A stretch of 64,000 bases of DNA, from IMG/VR virus record IMGVR_UViG_3300042878_001826, positions 1-64,000 of that record; one strand, written 5' to 3'. Positions 28,612 to 39,460 of this stretch are shown piece by piece. Under the pieces are notes generated by a model that saw only the letters and a program-made list of their open reading frames with translations, searched no databases and was not told the origin of the DNA. Position numbers and translations under genes: made by a program. Source of the stretch: a virus. Within the stretch, counting starts at the first letter, position 1. The number at the start of each line of letters is the position of its first letter.

Positions 28612-29092
28612 ATTTCATTAAATATTCTACTACTGATTTCCAGTCTGGAAACTTTTCTTGTCCGAAGTGCAGCCATTCTCCTTCAAACTCTTCTTGTCCG
28701 AATCCTCCCTGGTCGTCTATAAGATAGTCTCCTTTAACCAAAGATTTGTTTGGTATCAATATAGTCTTCTTAACTACATCTGGTCCCAGATGATCTAAAA
28801 CCCATTGAACTTTCTCTGTATAGCAGTTTACGTTCTGAAAAGAAGGACGTGTTAAGATCCATACGTCATACTTTGTTTCAAGTAATCTATATGATTCGAC
28901 CGCGTCTTTTATCTCTGCTAGTTTAAGGAAGAATCCCCATTGTGATTGCGGATAAGGCTGTAAAGGGTTTACCTCTTTAGCTTTTAGTGATGCCCCATAG
29001 AAGTCACAGAGTACTCCATCCATATCTACATATACTTTCTTTTTTGCGTTGTTTCTCATGCTTATACGCATACGCATCATATTCTTTTTCAT
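28610..29092 (-). CDS. 5'(3')-deoxyribonucleotidase (HAD, NT5C-like)
   Basis: VDMDGVLCDF, ILT, EKVQW, KSLVKGDYLIDD, W..V. Confidence 0.85.
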   Translation of the reverse strand: MKKNMMRMRISMRNNAKKKVYVDMDGVLCDFYGASLKAKEVNPLQPYPQSQWGFFLKLAEIKDAVESYRLLETKYDVWILTRPSFQNVNCYTEKVQWVLDHLGPDVVKKTILIPNKSLVKGDYLIDDQGGFGQEEFEGEWLHFGQEKFPDWKSVVEYLMK

Positions 29093-29104
29093 AGAACAAA
29101 GATA

Positions 29105-29767
29105 CTAAAAATTTGGTTTATTCTCTTCTAATTTTGATAAAATATATTCCATTGCTTCTTCTGCAGTATCTACTACTGCAAATAGGTTTAGATCCTCTTT
29201 AGAAACTTTACCGTCTACTAACATAGTTTTTTTGATCCATTCAACCAATCCTTCCCAATAATCTTTACCAACTAAAACAATAGGTAATGGTCTTAAATGT
29301 TTCGTTTGTATAAGTGTTATAGTTTCAAATAGTTCATCTAAAGTTCCAAATCCACCTGGAAAAGCAACAAAGGCTTGTGAGTATTTTAAAAAGAAAACTT
29401 TTCTTGTAAAGAAGTATCTACACGTAACTAATTCATCAATAAAATTATTAGCACTTGTTTCAAATGGTAGTTCAATCTGTAATCCAATTGATTTACCATT
29501 ACCATAAGCACCTGCATTAGCGGCTTCCATTATACCTGGTCCTGCACCAGTTATTACACCGTATCCACTTTTAACAATCAATTTTGATAGTTTAATGGCT
29601 TCGTTATAATATTTATCATCTTGTTTTGTTCTTGCGGAACCAAAGACTGATATACATGGTGATAAGTTTGATAGTTCGTCAAATCCTTTTATAAATTCTC
29701 CTTGAATTCGTAAAACTTGCCAAGCATCTTCTGCTTTTTGATTATATTTCCACTCTTGATCTTTCAT
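29105..29767 (-). CDS. LOG-family nucleotide phosphoribohydrolase
   Basis: VFGSART, GPGIMEAAN, FFTRK, PGGFGTLDE. Confidence 0.9.
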   Translation of the reverse strand: MKDQEWKYNQKAEDAWQVLRIQGEFIKGFDELSNLSPCISVFGSARTKQDDKYYNEAIKLSKLIVKSGYGVITGAGPGIMEAANAGAYGNGKSIGLQIELPFETSANNFIDELVTCRYFFTRKVFFLKYSQAFVAFPGGFGTLDELFETITLIQTKHLRPLPIVLVGKDYWEGLVEWIKKTMLVDGKVSKEDLNLFAVVDTAEEAMEYILSKLEENKPNF

Positions 29768-29770
29768 TTA

Positions 29771-30163
29771 TTATATAATATTTAAGAACTTCAAATGTTG
29801 TTCTAACTTAGTGTTATATTCAGAAAAAGCACCTTGTTTTAAATCTTCGAATGTTATCCAAGCAACTATACCAGATTCTTTGGTAGAAACTTCACCATTG
29901 TAATCGGTTACTAAATAAACTGCTGCTACAAATTCTCCATCTTCTCTTAAAAAGATTGGTGCTACAGATTTAACATCTAATCCGGTTTCTTCTTTTACTT
30001 CTCGAATTACTCCTTCTGTCATACTTTCTCCTTCGTCTACCTTACCACCGGGTAAGCCAAATAGTTTAGAGTTGTCTTTTCGAGATACTCCTAGAAGTTT
30101 TGTCTTGTCTTCGTTGAAGATAAGTGCCACTGCTGCCAGCTTTGCTTTTTTTGTTTCTATCAT
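29771..30163 (-). CDS. Nudix hydrolase
   Basis: Nudix box GGKVDEGESMTEGVIREVKEETGL; start MIETKK. Confidence 0.9.
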   Translation of the reverse strand: MIETKKAKLAAVALIFNEDKTKLLGVSRKDNSKLFGLPGGKVDEGESMTEGVIREVKEETGLDVKSVAPIFLREDGEFVAAVYLVTDYNGEVSTKESGIVAWITFEDLKQGAFSEYNTKLEQHLKFLNII

Positions 30164-30195
30164 AGAGTATATATTTACATACAAAGATACAAAAA

Positions 30196-30220
30196 AAAAC
30201 CCACTCAATGAGTGGGTTTT
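30196..30220. terminator. Intrinsic terminator after dnaK
   Basis: aaaacccactca-a-tgagtgggtttt. Confidence 0.8.
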
Positions 30221-30226
30221 GATTAT

Positions 30227-32119
30227 TTATTTAACTTCTTCAAAATCTGTATCTTCTACTTCGCCATTACCACTAGGTTCTGTATTAGTACTTTCGTTTT
30301 GAGGTTCTTGAGAGCTTTCTTGATACAATCTAGTACTGATTGCATTCCAGCTTTCGTTTAACTTTTCAGAAGTTGCATCAATCCTAGCAACATCTTGCTC
30401 AGTATATGCAGCTCTTAAAGCATCTAAGTCTGTTTTTAATGTAGACTTATCTTCTTCTGTAAGTTTTTCGTCAAATTCTTTCATTTGTTTTTCAGTTTGG
30501 AAGATTTGAGTATCTGCTTGATTAAGTTTTTCAACTTTCTCTTTTTCAATCTTATCTGCTTCTGCGTTTAATTCAGCATCAGCTTTCATTTTCTCAATCT
30601 CTTCTTTTGTAAGTTGAGATCCACCTTCGATTCTAATCTTGTTTTCTTTACCAGTTGCTTTGTCTTTAGCAGACACAGACAAGATGCCATTTGCATCTAT
30701 ATCCAAAGTTACCTCAATCTGAGGAACTCCTCTTGGTGCTGACATGATTCCGTCAAGATTAAATCTACCTAAAGATCTATTATCTTTTGCCATTGCTCTC
30801 TCACCTTGAAGAACGTGAAGCTCTACAGATGGTTGGTTGTCAGAAGCAGTAGAGAAAGTCTCACTTTTTCTTGTTGGGATTGTACAGTTCGCCTCAATAA
30901 GTTTAGTGAATACACCACCCATTGTTTCGATTCCTAATGATAAAGGAGTTACATCTAATAAAAGAACGTCAGTGATTCCTCCTGTCAATACAGCACCTTG
31001 AATAGCCGCTCCTAAAGCAACAACTTCATCAGGGTTTACTGATTTGTTAGATTTCTTACCGATGAACTTCTCGATAGCTTCTTGTACTGCTGGGATTCTT
31101 GTAGAACCACCAACTAAGATTACTTCATCAATATCAGATGGTTTTAAGTCTGCATTTTTTAATGCACTCTTGGCACAAGCAATTGCTCTATCTACTAAAG
31201 AAGAAGTCATTTGGTCAAACTTAGACTTAGTCAATTTCTTAACAAAGTGTAAAGGCATACCATCTTTCGCAGTGATGTAAGGTAAGTTGATTTCAGATTC
31301 ACTAGTAGATGATAACTCAATCTTAGCTTTCTCAGCAGCATCTTTCAATCTTTGTAAAGCCATAGCATCTTTCGCTAAATCCATAGCGTGCTCAGATTTG
31401 AACTCGTCAAGCATCCAAGTGATGATTGCGTTGTCAAAGTCGTCTCCTCCTAAGTGAGTGTCACCGTCAGTAGATTTAACTTCGAATACACCATCACCAA
31501 TCTCTAATACAGATACGTCATGAGTTCCCCCGCCGCAGTCAAATACTAAGATTTTAGAGTCTGTGTTCTTTTTGTCTAAGCCATAAGCCAATGCCGCTGC
31601 AGTTGGTTCGTTGATGATTCTTTCTACTTTTAAACCAGCGATTTCTCCTGCTTCAATAGTAGCTGTTCTTTCTGCATCACCAAAGTATGCAGGAACTGTG
31701 ATAACCGCTCTTTTAACTTCATGACCTAAATAGTCTTCAGCAGTTTTCTTCATTTTTTGAAGAATCATTGCAGAAAGTTCTTGTGGAGTATAGTCTCTAC
31801 CATCGATATTCACTACAGGAACATTTCCAGTTTTTGATTTTTTCACTTCATAAGGAACTCTTTTAGTTTCATCAGAACAAGCTGAATAATCTTTTCCAAT
31901 GAATCTTTTGATAGAGTAGATTGTGTTTTTTGGATTCGTTACAGATTGTCTTTTCGCAGGATCTCCAATTTTTCTGTCGTTTTCTGTGAATGATACGATA
32001 GAAGGTGTTGTTCTTCTTCCTTCTGAGTTACTGATTACGACTGGTTCGCCGCCTTCAACGACTGCCACACATGAGTTAGTGGTTCCTAAGTCGATTCCAA
32101 TAATTACGTCTTTTGCCAT
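30227..32119 (-). CDS. dnaK: Chaperone DnaK (Hsp70)
   Basis: [47 protein letters not shown]. Confidence 0.98.
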   Translation of the reverse strand: MAKDVIIGIDLGTTNSCVAVVEGGEPVVISNSEGRRTTPSIVSFTENDRKIGDPAKRQSVTNPKNTIYSIKRFIGKDYSACSDETKRVPYEVKKSKTGNVPVVNIDGRDYTPQELSAMILQKMKKTAEDYLGHEVKRAVITVPAYFGDAERTATIEAGEIAGLKVERIINEPTAAALAYGLDKKNTDSKILVFDCGGGTHDVSVLEIGDGVFEVKSTDGDTHLGGDDFDNAIITWMLDEFKSEHAMDLAKDAMALQRLKDAAEKAKIELSSTSESEINLPYITAKDGMPLHFVKKLTKSKFDQMTSSLVDRAIACAKSALKNADLKPSDIDEVILVGGSTRIPAVQEAIEKFIGKKSNKSVNPDEVVALGAAIQGAVLTGGITDVLLLDVTPLSLGIETMGGVFTKLIEANCTIPTRKSETFSTASDNQPSVELHVLQGERAMAKDNRSLGRFNLDGIMSAPRGVPQIEVTLDIDANGILSVSAKDKATGKENKIRIEGGSQLTKEEIEKMKADAELNAEADKIEKEKVEKLNQADTQIFQTEKQMKEFDEKLTEEDKSTLKTDLDALRAAYTEQDVARIDATSEKLNESWNAISTRLYQESSQEPQNESTNTEPSGNGEVEDTDFEEVK

Positions 32120-32150
32120 ATTGTTTTTTTTATTTTTTTACTTTATACTT

Positions 32151-32190
32151 TCAAATTACGTGCCAAAATATTTTTTATGACATTTTGTCA
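32151..32190 (-). promoter_or_regulatory. Sigma54-like element TGGCACG-N4-TTGA plus TGACA-N3-TGTCA palindrome upstream of dnaK
   Basis: Minus-strand TGGCACGTAATTTGA at 32151-32165; palindrome at 32178-32190. Confidence 0.5.
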
Positions 32191-32364
32191 GGCAATTGTC
32201 AGTTTGCTTACAGATTGTTATATAAACAAAGGAAAAAAAGTTTAAAAAATATTCTGTCTACATGTCTTGCCATTGTTGACATGTTTTTCACAAACCCTTG
32301 CCATGGTTGATAAATATCATTTTTTTTGATTTTTTTTTAATATATAATCAAAACTATTAAAAAG

Positions 32365-34551
32365 ATGGATAAATATAAAAACAAATCATCTATAAAAGCA
32401 AAAATTGCACTTGGACTGGCAATTTTTGTCATGTCTATATTCTTCATCGTGAAGACTATGGTATTCATGGAAGAAATTCCATCAACTCCGATGACGAGAG
32501 GAATAGAATATGGATGCTTTCTACTATTCATACCAATCTTTGGAGTATTCGCAAAGGAATTTCTAAAAAGAGGTAAAGAAGATGCCAAGCAAGGAATCTA
32601 TCTAAAAAAACTAAACAATGTTCTTATAGAACAATCACATAATCATTTATTTTATGAAGGTGATGTAACTAATGGTGCAAAAGCTTTAGTAAAAGAAGTA
32701 ACCAATTCAATCGATGCAGATAGATGTTCTATTTGGCTATACAACGAAGACAAGACTTCTATATTATGTGAACAGCTTTATGTAAAAGCAGAAGATAAGT
32801 TCTACCAAAATATAGAACTTTTTGAAAAAGACTTTGGTGGATACTTTGAACATCTTACAATAGATCCTATAATAGTCGCAAATGATGCAGAGACACATCC
32901 TGCAACAAAATGCTTTACAGAATCTTACTTAAAGCCACTTGGTATAAAGTCTATGCTAGACGTTCCAATCGTATATAAAGGAAAAGTTATAGGAGTTATC
33001 TGTATAGAAAACCTTATACTTAGAGAATGGCAAAAGGTAGAAGTTGACTTTGCACAAATGTTATCATCTTTATATTCGTTTGCTTATTCAGTAAGAGAAT
33101 CAAATATTGTTTCAAATGAACTTATTGAAATGGAGAGATTCATAGATGAGGCAAACATTATATCAAAGGCTGATAAAAATGGGAAGATAACATATGTGAA
33201 TAAAAAATTTACAGAAGTTTCTGGATGGACATTAGAAGAAGCTCTTGGTAAAGACCATAATAAAGTAAACTCCGATACATATACTAAAGATTCGGAAGAA
33301 GTACCATTTATCGCAATACCGCCAGAATTCTGGAATAACATGTATAATACCGTAATAAAAGATAAGAAAATCTGGAATGAAGTGGTTACCAACAAGAAAA
33401 AAGACGGAAGCCTTTACTATTTAGACACTTATATTAAGGCATCATTTGATAAGAATGATGTTCTAAAAGGGTTTACATCTATTAGACAAGATTTAACAGA
33501 ACTTAAAAATAAAGAAGTTGATATCAGCAACAGGATGAATGCGATAAACAGATCTAACGCAGTAATCGAATTTGATATGGAAGGAAACATAATATATGCA
33601 AATCATCAGTTCTTAGATACACTTGGATATTCTTTCGATGATATAAAGGGTAAAAAACATAAAATATTCTTAGAAGAAGAGTACAAAGACAGTAAAGAGT
33701 ATAAAGACTTTTGGCAAGTACTTAAAAATGGAGAATATTTTATGGGAGAAATAAGAAGAGTCAAAAAAGATGGTTCTATAGTATTTCTTCAAGCAACCTA
33801 CAATCCAATCATTGGAACGGATGGAAAGCCTTACCGAATAATGAAGATTGCAAACGATATAACACTTTCTGTAAAACAACAGATTGAGATTGAAAGAAAG
33901 AATACTTATTTAGAACACTCAGCTAAGATACTTAGACACGATATGCATAGTGGAATAAACACTTATATGCCAAGAGGTTTAAACTCATTAGAACGTAGAT
34001 TGACAGAAGACCAAATAAAAGAGTTAAAGATAGAAGCACCTATCAAAATGATTAAAGAAGGTCTTAGACATACACAAAAAGTTTATAAAGGTGTTTATGA
34101 GTTCACAAACCTTGTTAAGAAAGACGTTGTTTTAAATAAAGCAGAGTGTGATCTTAAAGCTATTTTAGAAGATTACTTATCAGCAACCGCTTATAAGAAC
34201 CAAGTAGTGATAGAGGATATTGGAACAGAGAATGTCAATGAAGCTCTTTTTTGTACGGCACTCGACAATCTTATCAGAAACGGATTGAAGTATAATGATA
34301 GTTCAAGTAAGGTTGTAAAGATATACAGAGTTGAAGATGTTCTTTTCGTAGAAGATAATGGTAGAGGAATGACTCAAGAAGATTTTAAAGCATTATCAGA
34401 ACCTTATACACGAAAAGAAGGACAGAAAGAAAGCGGGACCGGTTTAGGTTTAAATATATGTGTAGCAATTTTAGAAGAACATAAGTTCTCTATAACATGT
34501 GATAAACTACCTGAAGGTGGAACGCAACTAAAAATAAATATGAAAAAATGA
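32365..34551 (+). CDS. Membrane sensor histidine kinase (2 TM-GAF-PAS-PAS-HisKA-HATPase)
   Basis: GAF (YLKPLGIKSMLDVPI), two PAS/PAC, RHDM H-box, NLIRNGLKY, DNGRG, GTGLGL. Confidence 0.92.
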   Translation: MDKYKNKSSIKAKIALGLAIFVMSIFFIVKTMVFMEEIPSTPMTRGIEYGCFLLFIPIFGVFAKEFLKRGKEDAKQGIYLKKLNNVLIEQSHNHLFYEGDVTNGAKALVKEVTNSIDADRCSIWLYNEDKTSILCEQLYVKAEDKFYQNIELFEKDFGGYFEHLTIDPIIVANDAETHPATKCFTESYLKPLGIKSMLDVPIVYKGKVIGVICIENLILREWQKVEVDFAQMLSSLYSFAYSVRESNIVSNELIEMERFIDEANIISKADKNGKITYVNKKFTEVSGWTLEEALGKDHNKVNSDTYTKDSEEVPFIAIPPEFWNNMYNTVIKDKKIWNEVVTNKKKDGSLYYLDTYIKASFDKNDVLKGFTSIRQDLTELKNKEVDISNRMNAINRSNAVIEFDMEGNIIYANHQFLDTLGYSFDDIKGKKHKIFLEEEYKDSKEYKDFWQVLKNGEYFMGEIRRVKKDGSIVFLQATYNPIIGTDGKPYRIMKIANDITLSVKQQIEIERKNTYLEHSAKILRHDMHSGINTYMPRGLNSLERRLTEDQIKELKIEAPIKMIKEGLRHTQKVYKGVYEFTNLVKKDVVLNKAECDLKAILEDYLSATAYKNQVVIEDIGTENVNEALFCTALDNLIRNGLKYNDSSSKVVKIYRVEDVLFVEDNGRGMTQEDFKALSEPYTRKEGQKESGTGLGLNICVAILEEHKFSITCDKLPEGGTQLKINMKK

Positions 34552-34985
34552 TAGATTCAATTTTATTAGTGGATGACGAAGATTTATTCCACTTAGTATT
34601 CGAAGACGCTTGTAGTCTTTTAGATATAACCCTTTCTTTACAAGGACTAAATAGTTCTGATGAAGCAGAAGGCCTTTTCAAAAAATGGTTTAATGAAGGA
34701 CCAATCGATGAAAAACCAGAGTGTGTATTCGTTGACTTAAACATTATTGGTTCATCTTTCGATGGGATTGAACTTATTCGTAAGATAAACTTTGAATATG
34801 GTAATCACGTAGTAATCGGAATTATATCTTCTTCTGACGAACCAACAGAACAAGCTAAAGCTATTTCAGCAGGTGCTCAATTCTGGATAATCAAATCTGA
34901 CGATATCGAACCAAGACTTGAAGAGTTCAGAAAAGACTATGATGGATATAAAAACAGAACGAACCCATTCAAGATTTATAAATAA
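34548..34985 (+). CDS. Single-domain response regulator
   Basis: ILLVDDE, FVDLN (phospho-Asp), DGIEL, SSS, IIKS; overlaps kinase stop. Confidence 0.9.
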   Translation: MIDSILLVDDEDLFHLVFEDACSLLDITLSLQGLNSSDEAEGLFKKWFNEGPIDEKPECVFVDLNIIGSSFDGIELIRKINFEYGNHVVIGIISSSDEPTEQAKAISAGAQFWIIKSDDIEPRLEEFRKDYDGYKNRTNPFKIYK

Positions 34986-34988
34986 GTC

Positions 34989-35669
34989 ATGATAAAAATT
35001 GACAAAGCAACGAAAGAGGCATTATTGGATCTATATAAATCCAAAAAGATTGCATTAGAAGGAAATATCCTAAAGGTTATAGATTCTGATGGTGATTTAG
35101 AATTTGATACTTATGTAAAGGATTCGATTGAGAAAGACAAAGAGAATAGAAGAAAACGTCTTGATATAACCAAACAGATACAAAATAAAAACAAAGAGCT
35201 TTTAGAAGGTGAGGTTGAAAAAGAAAGAGTAAACTTAGAATTGGTTGCAGCTCTTGAAGAGGCGGAAGAATCTAAAAAAGAAGCAATAAGTGCTAAAGAA
35301 CAGGCAGAACTTGCCAAAGAAGAAGCTGAAACGGCTAGAGAAGAAGCTGAAGTTGCAAGAACAGAGGCAGAGAAGTCTAAGATTGAAGCAATAAACGCAA
35401 AGAATCTTGCAGAAGGTGATTTAGAACTTATGCAGAAAAGAACTCAGTTTGAGTTGATTGGAACTATTGTAAAGGTTGCACTTTGGGTTATCTTAGGAGT
35501 TGGTGTAATAACTACATTAGTTTTTATGATAGCACTCTTCGCCGGTAAGGATACCGCAGTTATTGGATCGACCTGGAGTAATATAATAGGAATACTTCTT
35601 ACGAACTCATTCAGTATTATAGGAACAATAATGGGTGTCAAATACGCATCCAGTGATAAAAAAGAATAA
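34989..35669 (+). CDS. Coiled-coil protein with AKEEAE repeats and two C-terminal TM helices
   Basis: Heptads AKEQAEL/AKEEAET/AREEAEV/ARTEAEK; hydrophobic C-terminus. Confidence 0.75.
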   Translation: MIKIDKATKEALLDLYKSKKIALEGNILKVIDSDGDLEFDTYVKDSIEKDKENRRKRLDITKQIQNKNKELLEGEVEKERVNLELVAALEEAEESKKEAISAKEQAELAKEEAETAREEAEVARTEAEKSKIEAINAKNLAEGDLELMQKRTQFELIGTIVKVALWVILGVGVITTLVFMIALFAGKDTAVIGSTWSNIIGILLTNSFSIIGTIMGVKYASSDKKE

Positions 35670-35700
35670 AAAAAAGTGTCAGATTTCTGACACTTTTTTT
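35668..35700. terminator. Bidirectional intrinsic terminator
   Basis: aaaaagtgtcaga-tt-tctgacacttttt. Confidence 0.85.
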
Positions 35701-35799
35701 ATTTTAACATCATATCCAGGTGCTGGACTATTCTTATTTGATATAGGAGTCCAAGCAGTTTCACCATCGGTGAATCTTTTAATACGTACTTTTCCTCGC

Positions 35800-36036
35800 T
35801 TACGATTTATTACACTGAACTTTCTTAACTTCATCTTCCCACTCTTTTTTTGATACAGACACCGTTGACTTATGAAAGTGTTCGTGTCCGATTCTTTGTG
35901 CTTCAGAACCTCTATCGAAGTCCCAAAACCTTGCTTCCGCCGAAGAACATTGTAGTGTGACCGTTTGTCCACCACCATCTGTCTTGTAAAGGTACTCTCC
36001 GCAAAGAGAGCACTTATACTTTTCGATCTTAGTCAT
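35800..36036 (-). CDS. Small zinc-finger-like protein
   Basis: CSLC..C..H; TAATATATA 4 nt upstream. Confidence 0.6.
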   Translation of the reverse strand: MTKIEKYKCSLCGEYLYKTDGGGQTVTLQCSSAEARFWDFDRGSEAQRIGHEHFHKSTVSVSKKEWEDEVKKVQCNKS

Positions 36037-36046
36037 ATACTATATA

Positions 36047-37258
36047 TTAATCTGCGTTTTCGTCTTCTGCAACATCTATGAAGAAAAGAGACGCATCTCT
36101 TTCTTTCAAGAATTCTCTGGCGACTTTTAACTTTCTTGTTTGGTCTGAAACCCAGTCTTTAGCTAAGTCATAGACATCAGCATTTCCTTTTGATAAAGAC
36201 ATAACATATCCAAAGTTTCTTTCTTTCTTATATTTCAAAGCGAAAGTCTTTCTCATTAGTTGTAATCTTAAATCTCCAGTCCAGTCTTTACCTACACCAC
36301 CTTCTAAAAACAATTCGTAAGAGTTGTTTATATCTTTAACTTTTTCAGACACAGTGTGTTTTACAACAGCTATTATCTTTTCGATTCTAGCGTGTGCTTC
36401 AACTTCTTCTTCTGGTACTTGACCAAGAACGTCGTCTATTTTTTCATCCAAGACATATCTAACCAATACGTGTTCTCTGTATAAGTCGTTAGTCAATAAA
36501 CCATGTCTTTCACAATACCAAGCAGTCTTAACTTTTATGAAAAGTCCGTTGGAGAATTCTATGATCCATCCTTCTTTGTCCTCTACTGATTGAGACAAAT
36601 CAACAAGCTCGTCTAATGAAGCAACATCAGATGGTGCCACTTTCAAAGAACCTATTTCTTTAGAGAATTTAGACAAGTCTAAGTATTCTCCAGTTTTGTT
36701 ATCTCTTAATCTCAATAATATCAATTCTTCGTCTAAGTATCTTAAAACGATTCTGTTGTTTGGTGCAACATATTCGAATACAGCCACATAGTCTTTTTCT
36801 AAAGACCAGTCTACAAATCTTTTCAAATCTGCGTTTGATTTATACAATCTGTTCATACCGGCTGCTTGGTCAGATTCAAAAGACATTTTAGATTTACCCA
36901 ACACAGATCCGTTTGGTAATCTTATAAAGGACGCAACAGAACCATCTTCTTTGTTGTAGATAGATCTTATACCTAAATCAGCAACCAAAGAGTATTGAGA
37001 CTCTGGAACTTGGTTTAAGTTAAAGAATTTGTGTAGTAATAAATATCTGTTGAACAAAGAACCATCTTCGTTGAAGACAAAAGTCAAGCCTCTCATTTCG
37101 AATGCAGAGTTGTCTATGAAGTCAGAGTACATTGCTAAACGGTAGTTGAAGATAGATACATTATATCCTTCAACCACGAATTTTGATTCGTAGAATGGAG
37201 CATCTACACCTAAAGTAAGTGCAACCGCTTCGTCGTATGATAATAAGTATCTTTTCAT
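36047..37258 (-). CDS. RNA ligase 1 (T4 Rnl1-like)
   Basis: EMRGLTF, KFFNLNQ, motif I KEDGS, FEYVAP.NRIVL.Y, EGWII, KVKT.WY. Confidence 0.88.
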   Translation of the reverse strand: MKRYLLSYDEAVALTLGVDAPFYESKFVVEGYNVSIFNYRLAMYSDFIDNSAFEMRGLTFVFNEDGSLFNRYLLLHKFFNLNQVPESQYSLVADLGIRSIYNKEDGSVASFIRLPNGSVLGKSKMSFESDQAAGMNRLYKSNADLKRFVDWSLEKDYVAVFEYVAPNNRIVLRYLDEELILLRLRDNKTGEYLDLSKFSKEIGSLKVAPSDVASLDELVDLSQSVEDKEGWIIEFSNGLFIKVKTAWYCERHGLLTNDLYREHVLVRYVLDEKIDDVLGQVPEEEVEAHARIEKIIAVVKHTVSEKVKDINNSYELFLEGGVGKDWTGDLRLQLMRKTFALKYKKERNFGYVMSLSKGNADVYDLAKDWVSDQTRKLKVAREFLKERDASLFFIDVAEDENAD

Positions 37259-37310
37259 TTTCTATATATTTTTAATACACAAAGATACGGATAATTTCGA
37301 TATATACAAT

Positions 37311-37820
37311 ATGAGTAGAAAATCATCAGTAAACAAAATAAAAAGAGATAACTCTAAGTCAAAAAACATCGAGTCTGCTATGTGTATGTATCTATATGAG
37401 AAATCACATTCACCAATCACTACAAGATTCACAGGAATGGGTCTTCAAGAGTGTGATGTAATATCTATATCAAAGTCTGACTACATATATGAATATGAGA
37501 TTAAAACCAGTAGAGCAGATTTCAAAAAGGATTTCATTAAAGAAAAACACACACATATAATAAACGAAAAGTACACACGAACTATAAAAGGACAGTTGAC
37601 ATATCTTCTTCCTAACTACTTTAGCTTCGTTACACCAAAGGATTTGATATCTGTCGATGAAGTTCCTGAGTATGCTGGTTTAATCTATATGAATGAAGAT
37701 TCTTCTTTTGAAGTTGTAAAGAAACCAAAGTTATTACATAAGACTAAGGCGAATGAAGAGTTCATAAGAAAATTAGCACATAATCTAAGTTGTAAACTAA
37801 TATTCAATAAGATTGCTTAG
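37311..37820 (+). CDS. PD-(D/E)XK nuclease-like protein (MmcB-like)
   Basis: ECDVI..EYEIKTSRADFKKD, PNYFSFVTP, PEYAGLI. Confidence 0.7.
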   Translation: MSRKSSVNKIKRDNSKSKNIESAMCMYLYEKSHSPITTRFTGMGLQECDVISISKSDYIYEYEIKTSRADFKKDFIKEKHTHIINEKYTRTIKGQLTYLLPNYFSFVTPKDLISVDEVPEYAGLIYMNEDSSFEVVKKPKLLHKTKANEEFIRKLAHNLSCKLIFNKIA

Positions 37821-38236
37821 GACTTCTTTTCTTTTTCGTATCTATCGATAACTCTTTTTCTAAGTTCTGTTGTAGAGAATGAATGTCTTCTGGTGTTATA
37901 GTACATTTCGATATGTTCTAAATTCTTACCAGTAAAATCTTTGTCTTTATATTCATCACCAACAACTCTTATATTTATAGGATAAGTGTATAAAATATCC
38001 AATAAATCTTTTTCTGTTGCATAAACAACCACTTCATCTACATACTTACACGAATCCAATTGTATAAATCTTTCGACAACACTTTGTATTGGTTTATTTT
38101 TTTCGGGTCTGTCAATAGTTGGGTCTGTTTGAAGTCCTACTATAAGATAATCGCATTTTGACTTTGCTTCTTTAAGCATCATTATGTGTCCTGCATGGAA
38201 TAAATCAAAGCAAGAGCAAGTGAATCCTGTCTTCAT
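37817..38236 (-). CDS. Cytidylyltransferase (glycerol-3-phosphate CTase/TagD-like)
   Basis: FDLFHAGH, LIVGL, YVDEV, FSTTELR. Confidence 0.88.
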   Translation of the reverse strand: MKTGFTCSCFDLFHAGHIMMLKEAKSKCDYLIVGLQTDPTIDRPEKNKPIQSVVERFIQLDSCKYVDEVVVYATEKDLLDILYTYPINIRVVGDEYKDKDFTGKNLEHIEMYYNTRRHSFSTTELRKRVIDRYEKEKKS

Positions 38237-38472
38237 ATATTTAATAGGAATAGATTTATCATTCGATCAGTTTTATCGAATTGGTTTCCATCAGCATCTG
38301 TGATTTCTATAGTTCCAGTAGAGAAGTTCTCTATCAGAAAATAGTCGTTCAGTATGTCGTCGCTCTCACACTTCTCGAAAACAACATGTTCTTTGGTCTC
38401 CCAGACGTAGGAGATTCCAAGCTGTTCTTTTTGTCGGAACAGATTAGTGTTTGTTACCCTTTGTGAAATCAT
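38233..38472 (-). CDS. Hypothetical protein
   Basis: Overlapping operon ORF. Confidence 0.55.
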   Translation of the reverse strand: MISQRVTNTNLFRQKEQLGISYVWETKEHVVFEKCESDDILNDYFLIENFSTGTIEITDADGNQFDKTDRMINLFLLNI

Positions 38473-38678
38473 AATATATTGATGTCTTTAGGTATCTGTT
38501 TTTCTGTTATTTCGTATTCCTTAACACCTGTTTTTGTGTTGTTTACAACAACAAATCTAAAAGTGGTTTTGTTCTCATATTTTCTTCGAACATGGTAATA
38601 CTCTTCTATAGAACTCGGTGTATGTACCGTGCCCAAATGCTTTCTATCTTCTGTATAATTCAATGTTTTCATAGTCAT
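38469..38678 (-). CDS. Hypothetical protein
   Basis: Overlapping operon ORF. Confidence 0.55.
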   Translation of the reverse strand: MTMKTLNYTEDRKHLGTVHTPSSIEEYYHVRRKYENKTTFRFVVVNNTKTGVKEYEITEKQIPKDINIL

Positions 38679-38702
38679 TATATGATAAAATCCAAAAAGG
38701 TT

Positions 38703-38891
38703 TTATTCTATTGAAGACTTAGCCGCCTCATATTGCTTATCAGAAAGAACTTTTACGACTCTACCATTATGTTCTTCTTTTGTAAGATACTTGCTTGTTT
38801 TCAAAGTCTTTTGTAAAGAAAGCACGAAACTATTGTTTCCTTCATACTTTCTTATGAGCTTATTCATCTCAATTTTTTCTTCTATAGTCAT
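38703..38891 (-). CDS. Small hypothetical protein (NSFVLSL..LSDKQ motif)
   Basis: Start MTIEEK; TACTTTTG at 38908-38915. Confidence 0.6.
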   Translation of the reverse strand: MTIEEKIEMNKLIRKYEGNNSFVLSLQKTLKTSKYLTKEEHNGRVVKVLSDKQYEAAKSSIE

Positions 38892-38968
38892 GTTATAGTA
38901 TTTTCCACAAAAGTATGAATAAACTTTGTACAATCAAACCTATATAAGAAGAAAAAATAGATTTATTT

Positions 38969-39457
38969 ATGATAATAAAAATACATCCAGAGGATATTAT
39001 TAAAAGATGCTTATGGGACCATTATGTTTACTACATATTGGGTGGGTCTGACAAAGAAGCAGAAAAGATTCTGAAGGAAAACGTTGAAGTTGAGGTTTCT
39101 GAAAAGGACGCGTTAGTTATCGGACTTTTAAAAGTAATCGAAACAGACAACCTTATACACAAGTTCAACGGATACGTAATGGAACTACTTACTAACAAAT
39201 CTTTAAAAGAAAAGGAACTTCTATTGGTAAGAAAGAAAGCTTTAGATGCTGCATTAGACAAGTTTGTAGATAAGTTTCCAGACTATTGGGAGCCGAGCAC
39301 AGGATACAGAAATGGATTGATAGACTTAGTAGAGTATGTAGAGAAGATTAAAAAGGACGTCGAAAAGTTAGAAGTTCATAAAATCGTAGATAAAAACGTT
39401 ACTTATGAGTTTTACAACTCAAACAACGTAAGAAAATTATTAAAATTCAATTATTAA
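38969..39457 (+). CDS. Hypothetical protein
   Basis: First ORF of the grpE-dnaJ operon. Confidence 0.7.
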   Translation: MIIKIHPEDIIKRCLWDHYVYYILGGSDKEAEKILKENVEVEVSEKDALVIGLLKVIETDNLIHKFNGYVMELLTNKSLKEKELLLVRKKALDAALDKFVDKFPDYWEPSTGYRNGLIDLVEYVEKIKKDVEKLEVHKIVDKNVTYEFYNSNNVRKLLKFNY

Positions 39458-39460
39458 GAA

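Noticed and set aside
35679-35978. 99-aa minus-strand ORF
   Set aside because: Overlaps the better supported 35800..36036 ORF and ends inside a terminator, although a short 3' part (MKLRKF..) could be real
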